Assembly (NCBI GenBank): GCA_965247095.1
Contig: OZ251997.1
Location: forward strand, 2,496,001 to 2,560,000
Source: Candidatus Multivorans sp.
GTDB lineage: Bacteria > Acidobacteriota > Thermoanaerobaculia > Multivoradales > Multivoraceae
Length of the DNA stretch: 64,000 nucleotides
Reading direction: 5' to 3'
The position numbers were made by a program, and so were the translations under genes. Below, in pieces: positions 63,874-64,000 of this stretch; positions within the stretch are counted from its first letter, which is position 1, and every line of letters starts with the position of its first letter. Below the pieces are notes generated by a model that saw only the letters and a list, made by a program, of their open reading frames with translations, had not been told where the DNA came from and did no database searches.

Positions 63874-64000
63874 TCAGTCGGTCCGTACCCACTCGGGCTT
63901 CTCCGGGCGGTGGCCCCGCAGCCACTCGCAGGTAACGACCATGCGCCGGCCCATCTCGGGCCACGAGTAGTCCGCCGCCATCCAGCGCCTTCCCCGCAGG
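63874..64000 (-). CDS. C-terminal end of a probable GT4 glycosyltransferase (partial)
   Basis: Minus strand reads GRRWMAADYSWPEMGRRM..EWL..PEWVRTD*. Confidence 0.5.
   Translation of the reverse strand, partial: LRGRRWMAADYSWPEMGRRMVVTCEWLRGHRPEKPEWVRTD

Overview
High-GC bacterial window, most likely Acidobacteriota (inferred from the Oar-type TonB-dependent receptor and the amidase-GerMN-murI-rph block); a long Sel1 protein and two sulfatases hint at a host-associated lifestyle. A tRNA-Glu(CTC) at 39839-39914 (minus strand) splits the window. To its left (1-39.8 kb) is an accessory mosaic. Its defence-like parts are a C5 DNA methyltransferase + PD-(D/E)xK nuclease + nucleoside-deoxyribosyltransferase/TIR-like gene operon, a DUF5343-like + HEPN(DUF4145)-like pair, an HTH-IrrE + PIN pair, VapBC and an orphan antitoxin. 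It also holds IS1380, IS630, IS4 and ISL3 elements or remnants, a decayed DUF222-HNH gene, and catabolic/stress genes (peptide ABC transporter, sulfatases, katG, iorAB-like, aldo/keto reductase, lactonase). To the right are core cell-wall/tRNA genes (amidase, GerMN, murI, rph, mpl cut by IS1634), a formiminotransferase, PP2C and a surface-polysaccharide cluster. A REP-like palindrome family recurs at five loci, and all three complete IS elements sit in CTAG sites. No CRISPR array, rRNA or integrase was seen. Product calls come from motif recognition by eye, not database searches.
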